Source: a virus (lineage: Duplodnaviria; Caudoviricetes). Taken from it: DNA of 26,856 nt. Of the stretch, positions 8,455 to 16,953 are shown one piece after another. The notes beneath the pieces were generated by a model. That model saw only the letters and a list, made by a program, of their open reading frames with translations, was not told the DNA's origin and ran no database searches. The first letter of the stretch is position 1, and the number at the start of each line of letters is the position of its first letter. The position numbers and the translations under genes were made by a program. The stretch covers positions 1-26,856 of the IMG/VR virus record IMGVR_UViG_3300031454_000017. The stretch is one strand, 5' to 3'.

Positions 8455-9029
8455 TTCACGCTGAACACATCGCTCACCTCAGTCACCTTGCACGCCCGAT
8501 ACAACTCCATAGCAACATCCGCTTGGTTCTCTGTAACTTGCCTGGAGTTGCGTCGCCATCCGCCAGGTTGGCTGACGAACGGTGCGTACTCGTGATGTAG
8601 CAGCTCGCACATAGGGCAAGCCTTTTGTCGGAGAGGACGCTCTACCTTGCGGGTCAGGTAAAAATGCTCGAGACCGCACGCTAGGCTTTTGAGTATCAAC
8701 CTGTCTCGTAACCTCTCAAAGTCGTGCTCTGCCAGAATGAGGTTATAGACAGTCGGCTCACCTACGCCCCAAAAGGTACTGACAACCAAAGCAGCGTACC
8801 CTGACATGCCCCACATGCTGCCTCGGTGCGCCCCCATGATGCGGAATGTCGCGCCGGAGGTTGGCTTATCGTCAGCCTCCTCTACTGTCTTTTCGTCGGC
8901 AGCGTTGTAAACCATTTGGTAAGGGTGACGGCCCCTTAGAGCCTCAACTATCTCATTAGCAAAATGCCTCGACTTGTCACGCTCTTGTTTTAGTTCAGCG
9001 TTCCGGGTAAGAGTCAAAGTTACTTCCAA
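8451..9029 (-). CDS. Hypothetical protein in the late-regulator (Q) position
   Basis: 192 aa; last early gene before the late promoter; CGLEH and CPMC motifs; start codon uncertain. Confidence 0.55.
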   Translation of the reverse strand: MEVTLTLTRNAELKQERDKSRHFANEIVEALRGRHPYQMVYNAADEKTVEEADDKPTSGATFRIMGAHRGSMWGMSGYAALVVSTFWGVGEPTVYNLILAEHDFERLRDRLILKSLACGLEHFYLTRKVERPLRQKACPMCELLHHEYAPFVSQPGGWRRNSRQVTENQADVAMELYRACKVTEVSDVFSVN

Positions 9030-9102
9030 ACCGTGCCGCTATACTAAACGTAGTGCCGCAGCGCCCTGCTCCCGCCAGAGTCGGGGCGCTGATCTAAATC
9101 CG

Positions 9103-9369
9103 CTAGACCTTGACGACCACGCCGTTAGCAAGCCGTTTGAACTGCACGAGGCCATAGCCGGGTAGGTAACGAGCGAACTGCACACCAGGGTGTTTTAGGT
9201 GCTTCCGCCTTGCTTCGTTGCCGCCCCCAAGTAGGTCTAGCTCGGTTATTGATCTATCCCAAATCGTTACTGCCGTGCTTGCTCCCTTGACGCTTTGTTC
9301 AAAAAACAAGAAAGCGTGGGTCACTTTTAGCAGATTTGATAGGGCTTCGCTAAAGTCTGACTGACTCAC
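9103..9369 (-). CDS. Hypothetical protein
   Basis: GTGA coupling to the upstream gene; GGAGG RBS. Confidence 0.55.
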   Translation of the reverse strand: MSQSDFSEALSNLLKVTHAFLFFEQSVKGASTAVTIWDRSITELDLLGGGNEARRKHLKHPGVQFARYLPGYGLVQFKRLANGVVVKV

Positions 9370-9563
9370 AATCCTCCCTCCCCAAACTCTTCAGAAACAA
9401 TATCCGCAGCTCTCTCCTCGCCCTTAAATCTCAGGATGTCGACGATGGCCCTGACGAGAGCTATGCGGGCGCGTGGGCTGTACGGCTTTGGTGGGCAGCC
9501 GTCGGTGATCTGTGGGTGGTCAGGACGGTCTCTGCGGTCTTTAAAAATGGTCGGTATGCTCAC
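9366..9563 (-). CDS. Hypothetical protein
   Basis: Coupled at both ends. Confidence 0.55.
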   Translation of the reverse strand: MSIPTIFKDRRDRPDHPQITDGCPPKPYSPRARIALVRAIVDILRFKGEERAADIVSEEFGEGGL

Positions 9564-9961
9564 GGCAACACCTCAATCGTCACAACCACGGCTGGGCCAC
9601 CAATCATCTTGTGCCAGCCTTGCTTAAACACAGGCTCTAGGTAGGGCGGTGAATCATCTTTTAGCCAGCCGAGATGCACAAACGAATCGATCAGCTCTAT
9701 AGCTGAACCGGCTATGAGGTTTTGTTCGTCAAAATCTCTCTCGCGCGGACCCATGAGCCGCATCACGGTCATTCGCTGCTTATAGTCGGGTGTCGAATGC
9801 TTGCGAGGGTACTTGAGCAAAATGATGCCCTGATAGGACTTACGGAGGTGGTTACGCTGCCGAAAATGCAATTTATCTCTACCATTTTTACTTAAGAGTT
9901 GAATAGGCAAAACGAGCGTCTTAACCCGCGTCTCAAGTAGCGCCTCGCCGGGGCTTCTCAC
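9560..9961 (-). CDS. RusA-like Holliday junction resolvase
   Basis: RERDFDEQNL...IDSFVHLGWLKDDSP acidic pattern of the RusA family. Confidence 0.65.
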   Translation of the reverse strand: MRSPGEALLETRVKTLVLPIQLLSKNGRDKLHFRQRNHLRKSYQGIILLKYPRKHSTPDYKQRMTVMRLMGPRERDFDEQNLIAGSAIELIDSFVHLGWLKDDSPPYLEPVFKQGWHKMIGGPAVVVTIEVLP

Positions 9962-10173
9962 GAATCGTAGCCTTCTTTCGTGGAAGGTTCAAAATCGCGT
10001 AGGAAGGTCCGCTCAGTCTCTAAGTCGGGCACAGAGCCCTTGTGCCGGTAAACTACCCAGCCCTCAACAACGGCCATGACCCGCACCGTGTATCTTGTTG
10101 GCTTAAGCCTGAAGTATCCTTTGCCGTTAGACAGCATCGCCGCTGCTGCTGCTCTTTTGAGACCTTCACCCAT
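9958..10173 (-). CDS. Hypothetical small beta-rich phage protein
   Basis: VRVMAVVEGWVVYR...FLRDFEP pattern common in phage early genes; coupled. Confidence 0.55.
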   Translation of the reverse strand: MGEGLKRAAAAAMLSNGKGYFRLKPTRYTVRVMAVVEGWVVYRHKGSVPDLETERTFLRDFEPSTKEGYDS

Positions 10174-10657
10174 TTTCGCCCTCCTTATCTCCTACCGGCT
10201 CCGGTTTGACAGCGGGATCGTCGGGCGCTCCGTAGCTATCACCGGCTGCCGTAGTCTCACCTGTAGGCGGGTCGTCTGAGGTGTCGGGTGTGGTGAACTG
10301 ATCGTGGGGTAGGGCTAGACAGGCTTGCAGGAGGGAAGTTAGCTCATCGTCACGCCAGCCGCCCGGATATTTGACGTAAATCTCCTGTGTGGAGCCAATA
10401 ATCATGACCTGACACAAACCAAAACCGAAATGTTGATAAACCTCTCGCCTCAGCCCGCACGCCACGAGCTGTGCAACGAGCCAGCCCGCCAGCACATCCT
10501 CTTCAACAACATGAAGCTCTCCAGGTTGGTCAAGGTGAATAACTTGCAACAATCCGTCAGAGTAATTAATAAGGGCAGCGCCCTCACTGCCAACCTCTAC
10601 CGGCCATCCTCTACGCTCGAGCTCTCGCAAACCCTCCGCTAGCTTCTCGTTTTTCAT
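10166..10657 (-). CDS. Hypothetical protein
   Basis: ATG 10657 with GGAGG RBS (frame open to 10693); low-complexity acidic tail. Confidence 0.5.
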   Translation of the reverse strand: MKNEKLAEGLRELERRGWPVEVGSEGAALINYSDGLLQVIHLDQPGELHVVEEDVLAGWLVAQLVACGLRREVYQHFGFGLCQVMIIGSTQEIYVKYPGGWRDDELTSLLQACLALPHDQFTTPDTSDDPPTGETTAAGDSYGAPDDPAVKPEPVGDKEGENG

Positions 10658-10689
10658 TTCTGCCTCCCCCCTGCTACCGTGGTCCCTAC

Positions 10690-10896
10690 TCACAGCACCA
10701 CCCCAAAGTTCGGGTGCCTAGCGTCACACGCGCTGCACCCCAAGTAGCTAAAGTCATATCGGTCCTTACCGCAAAGCTTGCAGTAGTCGCTGTCGGGTTT
10801 CTCTTGGTCACAGTAGCCGCAGGCGCAGCGCTCCCACGTGTACTCGCACCGGGGGCAAAGGTCGTAGCCACCGACGTGATCGGCCTGATCACTCAT
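10690..10896 (-). CDS. Cys-rich putative zinc-binding protein
   Basis: Four CxxC pairs in 68 aa. Confidence 0.5.
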   Translation of the reverse strand: MSDQADHVGGYDLCPRCEYTWERCACGYCDQEKPDSDYCKLCGKDRYDFSYLGCSACDARHPNFGVVL

Positions 10897-11242
10897 CGCT
10901 GGGCTCCGGGTGGGGCTCGGCTAAGTCCTCAAGAGCTGCCCTGCACATAAGCGCTCCACTTGCCTCAATATGGCCGTTGGATACTCCAAACCCAAACTCT
11001 TCATAATGAGCATCTAGCTTGACTGCCACTCGCTGGCAAGCCGCTATTGCCTCCTCTAGTGCAGTGGCTCGCGCGCTCTCGCTCTTGGCGATGAGCGCTT
11101 CGAGGTGCTCGGCCCGAACATATTTGATAGCGGAGCGGTCCTCATGGTCGGGGTCAGGCATGTCGCACCACGCCCACTCGTCGCCCATGTCAAGCAGGTA
11201 TATGGTTTCAGGTAGCCCCGCGCTTTCAGGTTCGGTTGCCAT
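10889..11242 (-). CDS. Hypothetical phage protein
   Basis: PETIYL...IKYVRA and ALEEAIAAC patterns seen in phage early genes; AGGGG RBS. Confidence 0.6.
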   Translation of the reverse strand: MATEPESAGLPETIYLLDMGDEWAWCDMPDPDHEDRSAIKYVRAEHLEALIAKSESARATALEEAIAACQRVAVKLDAHYEEFGFGVSNGHIEASGALMCRAALEDLAEPHPEPSDE

Positions 11243-11311
11243 GTTTCCCCTTTCGGTAAAACTCGATAAGTCCTTGCCGGACGATCTGTAGATACATCTC
11301 CCAGGTAACGG

Positions 11312-11944
11312 TCACACCACCACTTCTCCCACCACCGGTTCCCGAACCTCTTGGCCCTTCAGCATCGCTGCAAACTCCGGGTGAGACCTGCCCACACGCC
11401 GCAGGGTGCGCCAGAGCTGCGCTTTCGTCACGGGCTCGCGCGCCACACCTGACGCCCGTTCAGCCTCCAACAGGCTCGGCAGCCGCCGCATGTTGCTCTC
11501 GTTGCGCGGGTTGTCGGTCAGCGGCTGACGGGAGCGCGGGTCGGGTAACTTGGCGCTCACGGGCGCTGTAGTGGCTTCTACGGGCTTAAGCGGGACGGCG
11601 GGCGTCGTCTTCGTGGTTGGTTTAGCTTGGGGCGGCGCTAAGGGCGCTATACGAACCCTGTGGGCATTCTCGGTACATACAACGCAGCGCGTCCGGCGTC
11701 CGAAGTCTCGGGGGGGTTCAAGGCGGCCACTCGAGTTCCTTTTACGGACAAGCAAAGCCCCACACTCGCAGTGACGAACCTTGCCATCTGCATCCACCTT
11801 GCGGGCGGCGTGAGCGCAGGCGTTGTCACAGTAAAGCCGCGCTTGCCACGTGCCCAAATTTTCGAGTTTGCCGCTCGCCGAACGTTTACGTTTAAGGGGT
11901 TTGCGGCACGCCTTGAGTTTGCAACGGCGGGTCAGAACCGTCAT
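11312..11944 (-). CDS. Basic protein with two repeated Cys-rich (zinc-ribbon-like) modules
   Basis: CRKPLKRKRSASGKLE...YCDNAC repeated as CGALLVRKRNSSGRLE...RCVVC. Confidence 0.6.
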   Translation of the reverse strand: MTVLTRRCKLKACRKPLKRKRSASGKLENLGTWQARLYCDNACAHAARKVDADGKVRHCECGALLVRKRNSSGRLEPPRDFGRRTRCVVCTENAHRVRIAPLAPPQAKPTTKTTPAVPLKPVEATTAPVSAKLPDPRSRQPLTDNPRNESNMRRLPSLLEAERASGVAREPVTKAQLWRTLRRVGRSHPEFAAMLKGQEVREPVVGEVVV

Positions 11945-12210
11945 GTACCGTCCGTTGCCAGCTCCCCCATAAGGGCGCTGTAGCCTACGGCGTCAATGCT
12001 GTTATCTTCATAAGTAGGGTTTGACCGGAAACGAGCGATCTTGAAAATAACCATTAATGCCGCCACGTCGTGGGCCTCTACCTTGACGCCTAGGTAGGCA
12101 CTCCACATCTGCGCCATGAGTGCAAAACTGTTTTCGGCATTGCCGTGAGTGGCGGCCCGGTCCTTAGTGATGTAGTCGCGGGCGGTGTCAATAACTTCGG
12201 TACGCTTCAT
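11941..12210 (-). CDS. DUF6378-like phage protein
   Basis: DRAATHGNAENSF..MAQMWSAYLG...KIAR...DNSIDAVGYSAL signature. Confidence 0.75.
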   Translation of the reverse strand: MKRTEVIDTARDYITKDRAATHGNAENSFALMAQMWSAYLGVKVEAHDVAALMVIFKIARFRSNPTYEDNSIDAVGYSALMGELATDGT

Positions 12211-12275
12211 AGCGAACTCCTCTCGAGCGTCTCAAGCCACGTGTGCGCGTCAGCTAACACCAGCTCATAGTTCAT
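12207..12275 (-). CDS. Micro-ORF, 22 aa (MNYELVLADAHTWLETLERSSL)
   Basis: ATGA overlaps at both ends; GGAGAGG RBS. Confidence 0.45.
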   Translation of the reverse strand: MNYELVLADAHTWLETLERSSL

Positions 12276-12346
12276 ATCAGCCTCTCCTGCTCACTCACAG
12301 CCCCGCTAACAGCCTCGGCGGTATCGCGTGCGGAATTGTCGGTCAT
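12272..12346 (-). CDS. Micro-ORF, 24 aa (MTDNSARDTAEAVSGAVSEQERLI)
   Basis: ATGA overlaps at both ends. Confidence 0.4.
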   Translation of the reverse strand: MTDNSARDTAEAVSGAVSEQERLI

Positions 12347-13251
12347 GCTGCATACCGGCCTTGCCTTAGCAACAATTCGTTAAGCCAATCCGAATTAGGT
12401 AGGGGGGCGACTTTTACACTCACGGTTCTCCCTTCGGAGCTGAGGCTGGCGGCTAGGGTGTAACTTGCCCGCTGCCCGACGAAATTCAGGTCGTGGTCGG
12501 CGGCAATCACAACGGTTTTAATGCTGTCGGGCAAAACGACTGTTTCTAAGCCATGCGCTGAGATGCACGCCCAGCCAGGGAGTCCGAACAGGCTCGAGGC
12601 GGCAATCGCGGTTTCTATCCCCTCTGCTAAGACGACCTCGGTAGTAGCAGGCCAGAGGCGGGCAGCGCTGCCGGTGATCGTCGTGATCGGGGGCATAATC
12701 CGTTTCGGGTTGTCGACCGGGGCTTTAGCGTTGCCCTCGAGGTAGGTGCGGTGTATCGACACGGCCTTACCGGTCACGTCGTAGAGGAGCGCGAGCATGG
12801 TGCAGTAGGTGCGGCCCTGAAGGTGCAAGCCGGGGTGGAAGCGCAGCGCCGGGGGCAATAGGGACAGGCCCCTTGCTTGCAAGTAAGTCTCTACCGGGTC
12901 GCCCTTTTGTACCGGACGTGAGCCGCTGTAAACCGCTCGCAAAGCGCGGGCCGGGTCGGGGCGGGAGGCAAACTTGACCCGCTCGGGCACACCTAAGACA
13001 CGCTCTACCTCTTGAGCAGCTTTCTTTAAGTCCCAGCCGTTAAGACTTTTGAGCAAATCCAAGCCGTCGCCAGGACCGCACCCTCGGCAGAAATACTTCC
13101 CGGAATCATCTTTATTCGTGAAAGAAAAGCGGTCTGTTCCTCCGCAGATCGGGCAGGGCTTGTTTATCCCGAGCACCTTGGCGTCTATCCCTAACTGAGT
13201 CAGAATGTGAACCCAGTGGCCGCGAGCCTTGTCTTTAACGGCGTCAATCAT
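12343..13251 (-). CDS. Primase: P4 alpha-type zinc finger plus TOPRIM domain
   Basis: PCPICGGTDRF...FCRGCGPGDG; AEGIETA; IAADHD. Confidence 0.88.
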   Translation of the reverse strand: MIDAVKDKARGHWVHILTQLGIDAKVLGINKPCPICGGTDRFSFTNKDDSGKYFCRGCGPGDGLDLLKSLNGWDLKKAAQEVERVLGVPERVKFASRPDPARALRAVYSGSRPVQKGDPVETYLQARGLSLLPPALRFHPGLHLQGRTYCTMLALLYDVTGKAVSIHRTYLEGNAKAPVDNPKRIMPPITTITGSAARLWPATTEVVLAEGIETAIAASSLFGLPGWACISAHGLETVVLPDSIKTVVIAADHDLNFVGQRASYTLAASLSSEGRTVSVKVAPLPNSDWLNELLLRQGRYAA

Positions 13252-14765
13252 GCCGCGTCCTTAAACAGCGGGCCAGCCTGACGCGGTTGCGACTTGGCAA
13301 ATCGAATCGCCTTGTGTTTAACGAACCGCTCTGCCTCTATCGACGGGTAGATGGGCTCGACGTTATCCATGCCTTTAGGCCATGATCCGAACTTGTCTTT
13401 ATAGCTGTGCGCCGTCCAACCCGGCTGACGGCCTTTCTCGAGTTGAATGTGCTTGAGCATGGCGTACCAGATGCGCTTCTCATCCGGCGTGTATTCCTTG
13501 CGGGTTGGGCTGCGATCTGTACCGACCTCACCAAGCGTCCCCTCTACCTGCTGAACACCACGCCCGAACTTGTCCGGCATGTGGCCGCAGCTAGGGCACA
13601 TATGCTGCTTTTCATAAATCGTGTAGCACTTCTCGCACGTGATCGGACTCGGCTGGCTCTGCTTGCGTTTAGCCTCCCGGTCACCCACCTTGCCTTCGGT
13701 ATCTAGCAGCCATTCAAAAGGCTCGTGAAGGAAACCGTGCTGATAGACCGCGCCGCTATGGTCTATCAGATAGGTATCGCTTTTGTCAGGTGCGGGCCTC
13801 AGGACTCGACCAGCCATTTGCAAGTACAACCCCAACGACTTCGTAGGGCGCGCCAGGACGCAGCATGAAATATCCGGCTGGTCCCAACCTTCACAAAGCA
13901 CCATGCAATTTGTGATGACTTGTAAACGCCCACTGTTCACGTCGGCGAGCATCCCCTCACGCTCATCCAGGGGTGTCTCGCCGTCCAAGTGAGCTGCATT
14001 TATACCGATTGCCTGAAACTGCTCTGCCAGGTGGATTGAGTGCTTTACCGATGTTGCGAAGACGACCGTTTTTCTATCACTACAAATGTCCGCCCAGTTT
14101 GCTACCACGTCGCCGACCAGCTTGGGTTTATCCATCCGCTCGTCAAGCTGCAACTGGTTATAGTCGCCCGCTACCAGCTTGACACCGTGCAGATCGGGCA
14201 TAGATGGCGCAAAGTATTTGACCGGGACGAGAAAACCCTGCTCGGTAAGAAATGGAATACTTGGCCCTAACACCATGTCACTAAACAGGTGTCCGAGTCC
14301 TTTGCCGTCACCCCGTACCGGAGTTGCCGTTAAGCCTAAAAGTGCAGCGTTCGGGTACATCTCGGCGAGAGTGGTATAGCCTTTTGCCAGCGCCCGGTGA
14401 GCCTCGTCAATAATCACAACTTCAGCCGGTGGTAACTCGAGAGTGCCCCGCCGAAAAGCCCGTGCCTGTAGGGTCTGTATAGACGCAACCTGTACCGGCT
14501 CTTCGACACTTGCCCGCTCACCCGCCAGAATCTTCCCGTGCGGTATCCCAGCGTCCCTGAGTTTGTTAGCGGCCTGATGGATCAGCTCCCGACGATGCGC
14601 CACGAACAAAACCCGGTTGCCCTTAGCGACCGCACCTCGGATGATCTCGGCAGCTATGACCGTCTTACCCCCGCCGGTAGGAAGTTGAAGCAGGATGCGC
14701 TTGTGCTTCTGACGCCACGACTCCCTTAAGTCCTCAACCGCGTCCACCTGGTACGCCCTCAGCAT
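13248..14765 (-). CDS. SF2 DEAD/DEAH helicase with C-terminal zinc finger
   Basis: LPTGGGKT, IIDEAH, LTATP, EGWDQP, QMAGRVLR; CEKC and CPSC. Confidence 0.92.
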   Translation of the reverse strand: MLRAYQVDAVEDLRESWRQKHKRILLQLPTGGGKTVIAAEIIRGAVAKGNRVLFVAHRRELIHQAANKLRDAGIPHGKILAGERASVEEPVQVASIQTLQARAFRRGTLELPPAEVVIIDEAHRALAKGYTTLAEMYPNAALLGLTATPVRGDGKGLGHLFSDMVLGPSIPFLTEQGFLVPVKYFAPSMPDLHGVKLVAGDYNQLQLDERMDKPKLVGDVVANWADICSDRKTVVFATSVKHSIHLAEQFQAIGINAAHLDGETPLDEREGMLADVNSGRLQVITNCMVLCEGWDQPDISCCVLARPTKSLGLYLQMAGRVLRPAPDKSDTYLIDHSGAVYQHGFLHEPFEWLLDTEGKVGDREAKRKQSQPSPITCEKCYTIYEKQHMCPSCGHMPDKFGRGVQQVEGTLGEVGTDRSPTRKEYTPDEKRIWYAMLKHIQLEKGRQPGWTAHSYKDKFGSWPKGMDNVEPIYPSIEAERFVKHKAIRFAKSQPRQAGPLFKDAA

Positions 14766-14821
14766 GACGAAACCTTGCTCTTCCTTACCGGCGCTTTTTG
14801 CTTTTTAGAAGGCAACCCGAC

Positions 14822-14910
14822 CCGTATATATATAAAGGGGTCCGTAAACCGGACATAGTCCATGTCTAAAAAAACGGACATGGTGCCGTGTCCGTAAACC
14901 GGACATGGTG
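14822..14910. repeat. Putative replication origin: three iterons at 25 bp period plus an AT-rich tract
   Basis: CGGACAT at 14850, 14875 and 14900 within TCCGTAAACCGGACAT-type quasi-palindromes; TATATATATAAA at 14825-14836. Confidence 0.7.
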
Positions 14911-14915
14911 AGCCT

Positions 14916-15263
14916 TTAGTAAATGGCATGTTCTACCTCTAAACCCTCGAGAGCCTTCTCTTCTTGCTGTTTAGCTTTGATAAACCGGAACATCTTGCTA
15001 AAGCCGACGTAGTAAGTGTTGACAGCACGCCGCCCGTTCTGACGGTAGTGGGCTTGTCGCATCACAAGCCCGTCGTCTATAAGAGCGTTCAGGTGCAAAA
15101 TCAACACGCTACGGGTGATGCCTGTAGCTTTCGAGAGCCGCGCTTGACTCGCCGTTAACTCACCCGAATCGTTTGCCATCTCGCACAAGCACAACAACAG
15201 CAGTTTTCTAGAGGGTGGGCTGACCGATGTTTTCCAGGCCCATTTCGTACCGACCCGACTCAT
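14916..15263 (-). CDS. Short winged-HTH replication initiator-like protein
   Basis: WAW...KLLLLCLCEMAN...SQARLSKATGITRS..LIDDGLV..N.Y, the N-terminal HTH pattern of phage replisome organisers; start ATG 15263 in ATGA overlap. Confidence 0.75.
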   Translation of the reverse strand: MSRVGTKWAWKTSVSPPSRKLLLLCLCEMANDSGELTASQARLSKATGITRSVLILHLNALIDDGLVMRQAHYRQNGRRAVNTYYVGFSKMFRFIKAKQQEEKALEGLEVEHAIY

Positions 15264-15562
15264 GCCAACGTCTCCGCTATAGACCTTGCTACGTACCCAT
15301 GAACCCAACCTTGTGGTTTACCCAACGCCTCTATAAACGCCTGTTCGCCTACAGCGTGAATAGAGTCAGCGGCGGTGCGGTGGCACGCTTCGCACAGCGG
15401 TATTGCTCCGAAAGCTGCTATGCCTTGGCGTCGTGGTAGAAAGCCTGTTGACTTAACCGAAGGCATGATGCGAATGTGGGCGACCTCCACACCGTAGCTG
15501 CCACACCGTAAACAAGGATGCTTAGCCAAAAGGTTATAGAACTTTTTGAGAGAAGCGGTCAC
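15260..15562 (-). CDS. Ref/DUF968-like HNH-type zinc nuclease
   Basis: PCLRCG...AHIR...IPLCEACHR...IH..G...F signature. Confidence 0.7.
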   Translation of the reverse strand: MTASLKKFYNLLAKHPCLRCGSYGVEVAHIRIMPSVKSTGFLPRRQGIAAFGAIPLCEACHRTAADSIHAVGEQAFIEALGKPQGWVHGYVARSIAETLA

Positions 15563-16635
15563 AGCGCCTCGCCAAACAGCTCTTGAAACTCGGCTTTGTC
15601 CTCATCGGTAGCGCGAAGTCGGGCCGTGGTCTCAAAAAACTCGGCTTTGTTTTTGTACTTAGGTTTTGACTTTGGTCTCGACGACTTATAGCTGGCTTCC
15701 TGTTTCCTACTGAAAAGTTCATACAGCACCGCGCGCTTTTGCTCAAGTTCAAGGTCGGTCCAGTCGTCACGTTCTTCAGCCAAGCGCCTAATGTCGGCTG
15801 CAACCTTCAGCAGCGTTTCGTCCCCGCCGTGACCGCTCGTAATATCCCTTGCGGCGTCTCGAGCTAAACTCTGGTCTTCGTCGTTGAGGTCGTCAAGTGG
15901 GTTTGTAGGTTTGCGTTCCGACTGCCGGATTTTATGCACGTCAAAGACGCTTTTCGCCTCGCCGCTTTCAACGCACTCGACCAAAACCGCCGTCTGTTCA
16001 TCGGTCTGACCTTTCGTGGCTTGCTCTAGCAAATGCTTAAGCTGTGGTTCCGACCGTCTCACTTTGGTGTCGGCGTGCTGCTGTTCCCAAAGTAGTCTGT
16101 AGGTCAGCGGCCCGCACTCGGTTTTAACCTTACCGATCAAAACGGCTAAGTCTGTGCTCAGCTCGTGTGCTTCCCATGACCGTAAAAGCTTGGGGTCGCC
16201 AAACTGCTTTATAAGTCCGCTAGGGGGAGGGAGGATTTCTAGTTCGTCTTCAGGCTCTTCTATTTCCGGTAACTGTTTGGATTCGTCAACCTGTTCAGGC
16301 TCTCGCGTTTCGGTGAGAAGTTCCAAGGCTTTGCGAACGCTCAAATGTTTCACGCGTGAAACATTTGCTATCTCGTCCCACTTCTCCGCGATCCGCATGT
16401 AGCGCCACGCCTTGAGGCGATTCCCCTTAAAATTTGCCTCTAGCCAAGAAAGCCAGCCACCATGCTGGTAAAGGCTCTTTGCCTCTATCAGTCTTTCGCC
16501 CGCCACCCGCGCAAACTCCAAGGCGCTTTGGGCCATTGCTTCAGCGCCTTCGTGCGCTTCATTGGCCTCAATAGCCAACGTCTCGAGCCGCAGATCGCGG
16601 TCTAGTTCTGCATCTACCGTCTTAGCTACGGTCAT
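15559..16635 (-). CDS. DUF3102 domain protein
   Basis: GERLIEAK...HGGWLSWLEANF...AWRYMRIA N-terminal domain. Confidence 0.75.
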   Translation of the reverse strand: MTVAKTVDAELDRDLRLETLAIEANEAHEGAEAMAQSALEFARVAGERLIEAKSLYQHGGWLSWLEANFKGNRLKAWRYMRIAEKWDEIANVSRVKHLSVRKALELLTETREPEQVDESKQLPEIEEPEDELEILPPPSGLIKQFGDPKLLRSWEAHELSTDLAVLIGKVKTECGPLTYRLLWEQQHADTKVRRSEPQLKHLLEQATKGQTDEQTAVLVECVESGEAKSVFDVHKIRQSERKPTNPLDDLNDEDQSLARDAARDITSGHGGDETLLKVAADIRRLAEERDDWTDLELEQKRAVLYELFSRKQEASYKSSRPKSKPKYKNKAEFFETTARLRATDEDKAEFQELFGEAL

Positions 16636-16874
16636 GCCTGCCCTCTCATGAGGACACCCTGAATTGTATTTAGAAGAAGGCTCGCGCTATAATTGCTCGT
16701 TAGCGGCGATAGTTCCCCTAGACCGGGTATCGCTGCGGACCCCGCCGAGGTGTTGATAGCACCTATGACGCGGGGTCTTTTAGCTGTCCGCATTCTAGCA
16801 CGTATTTTTCCCGTCTGCAACGCATTATCTACGCTTTTCAGCGTTTCCTCTGAAAAATTATCGTCTACACTCAA
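16632..16874 (-). CDS. Hypothetical protein
   Basis: TTG start with AGGAG RBS; ATGA coupling to the next gene. Confidence 0.55.
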   Translation of the reverse strand: MSVDDNFSEETLKSVDNALQTGKIRARMRTAKRPRVIGAINTSAGSAAIPGLGELSPLTSNYSASLLLNTIQGVLMRGQA

Positions 16875-16953
16875 GGCGCAACTCCTAATGCTCTGGTAAG
16901 GGTTTTTGGTGTTGCAAAGCCCTCCGGGGCTTGGACTCCCTGGAGGGCACTCT

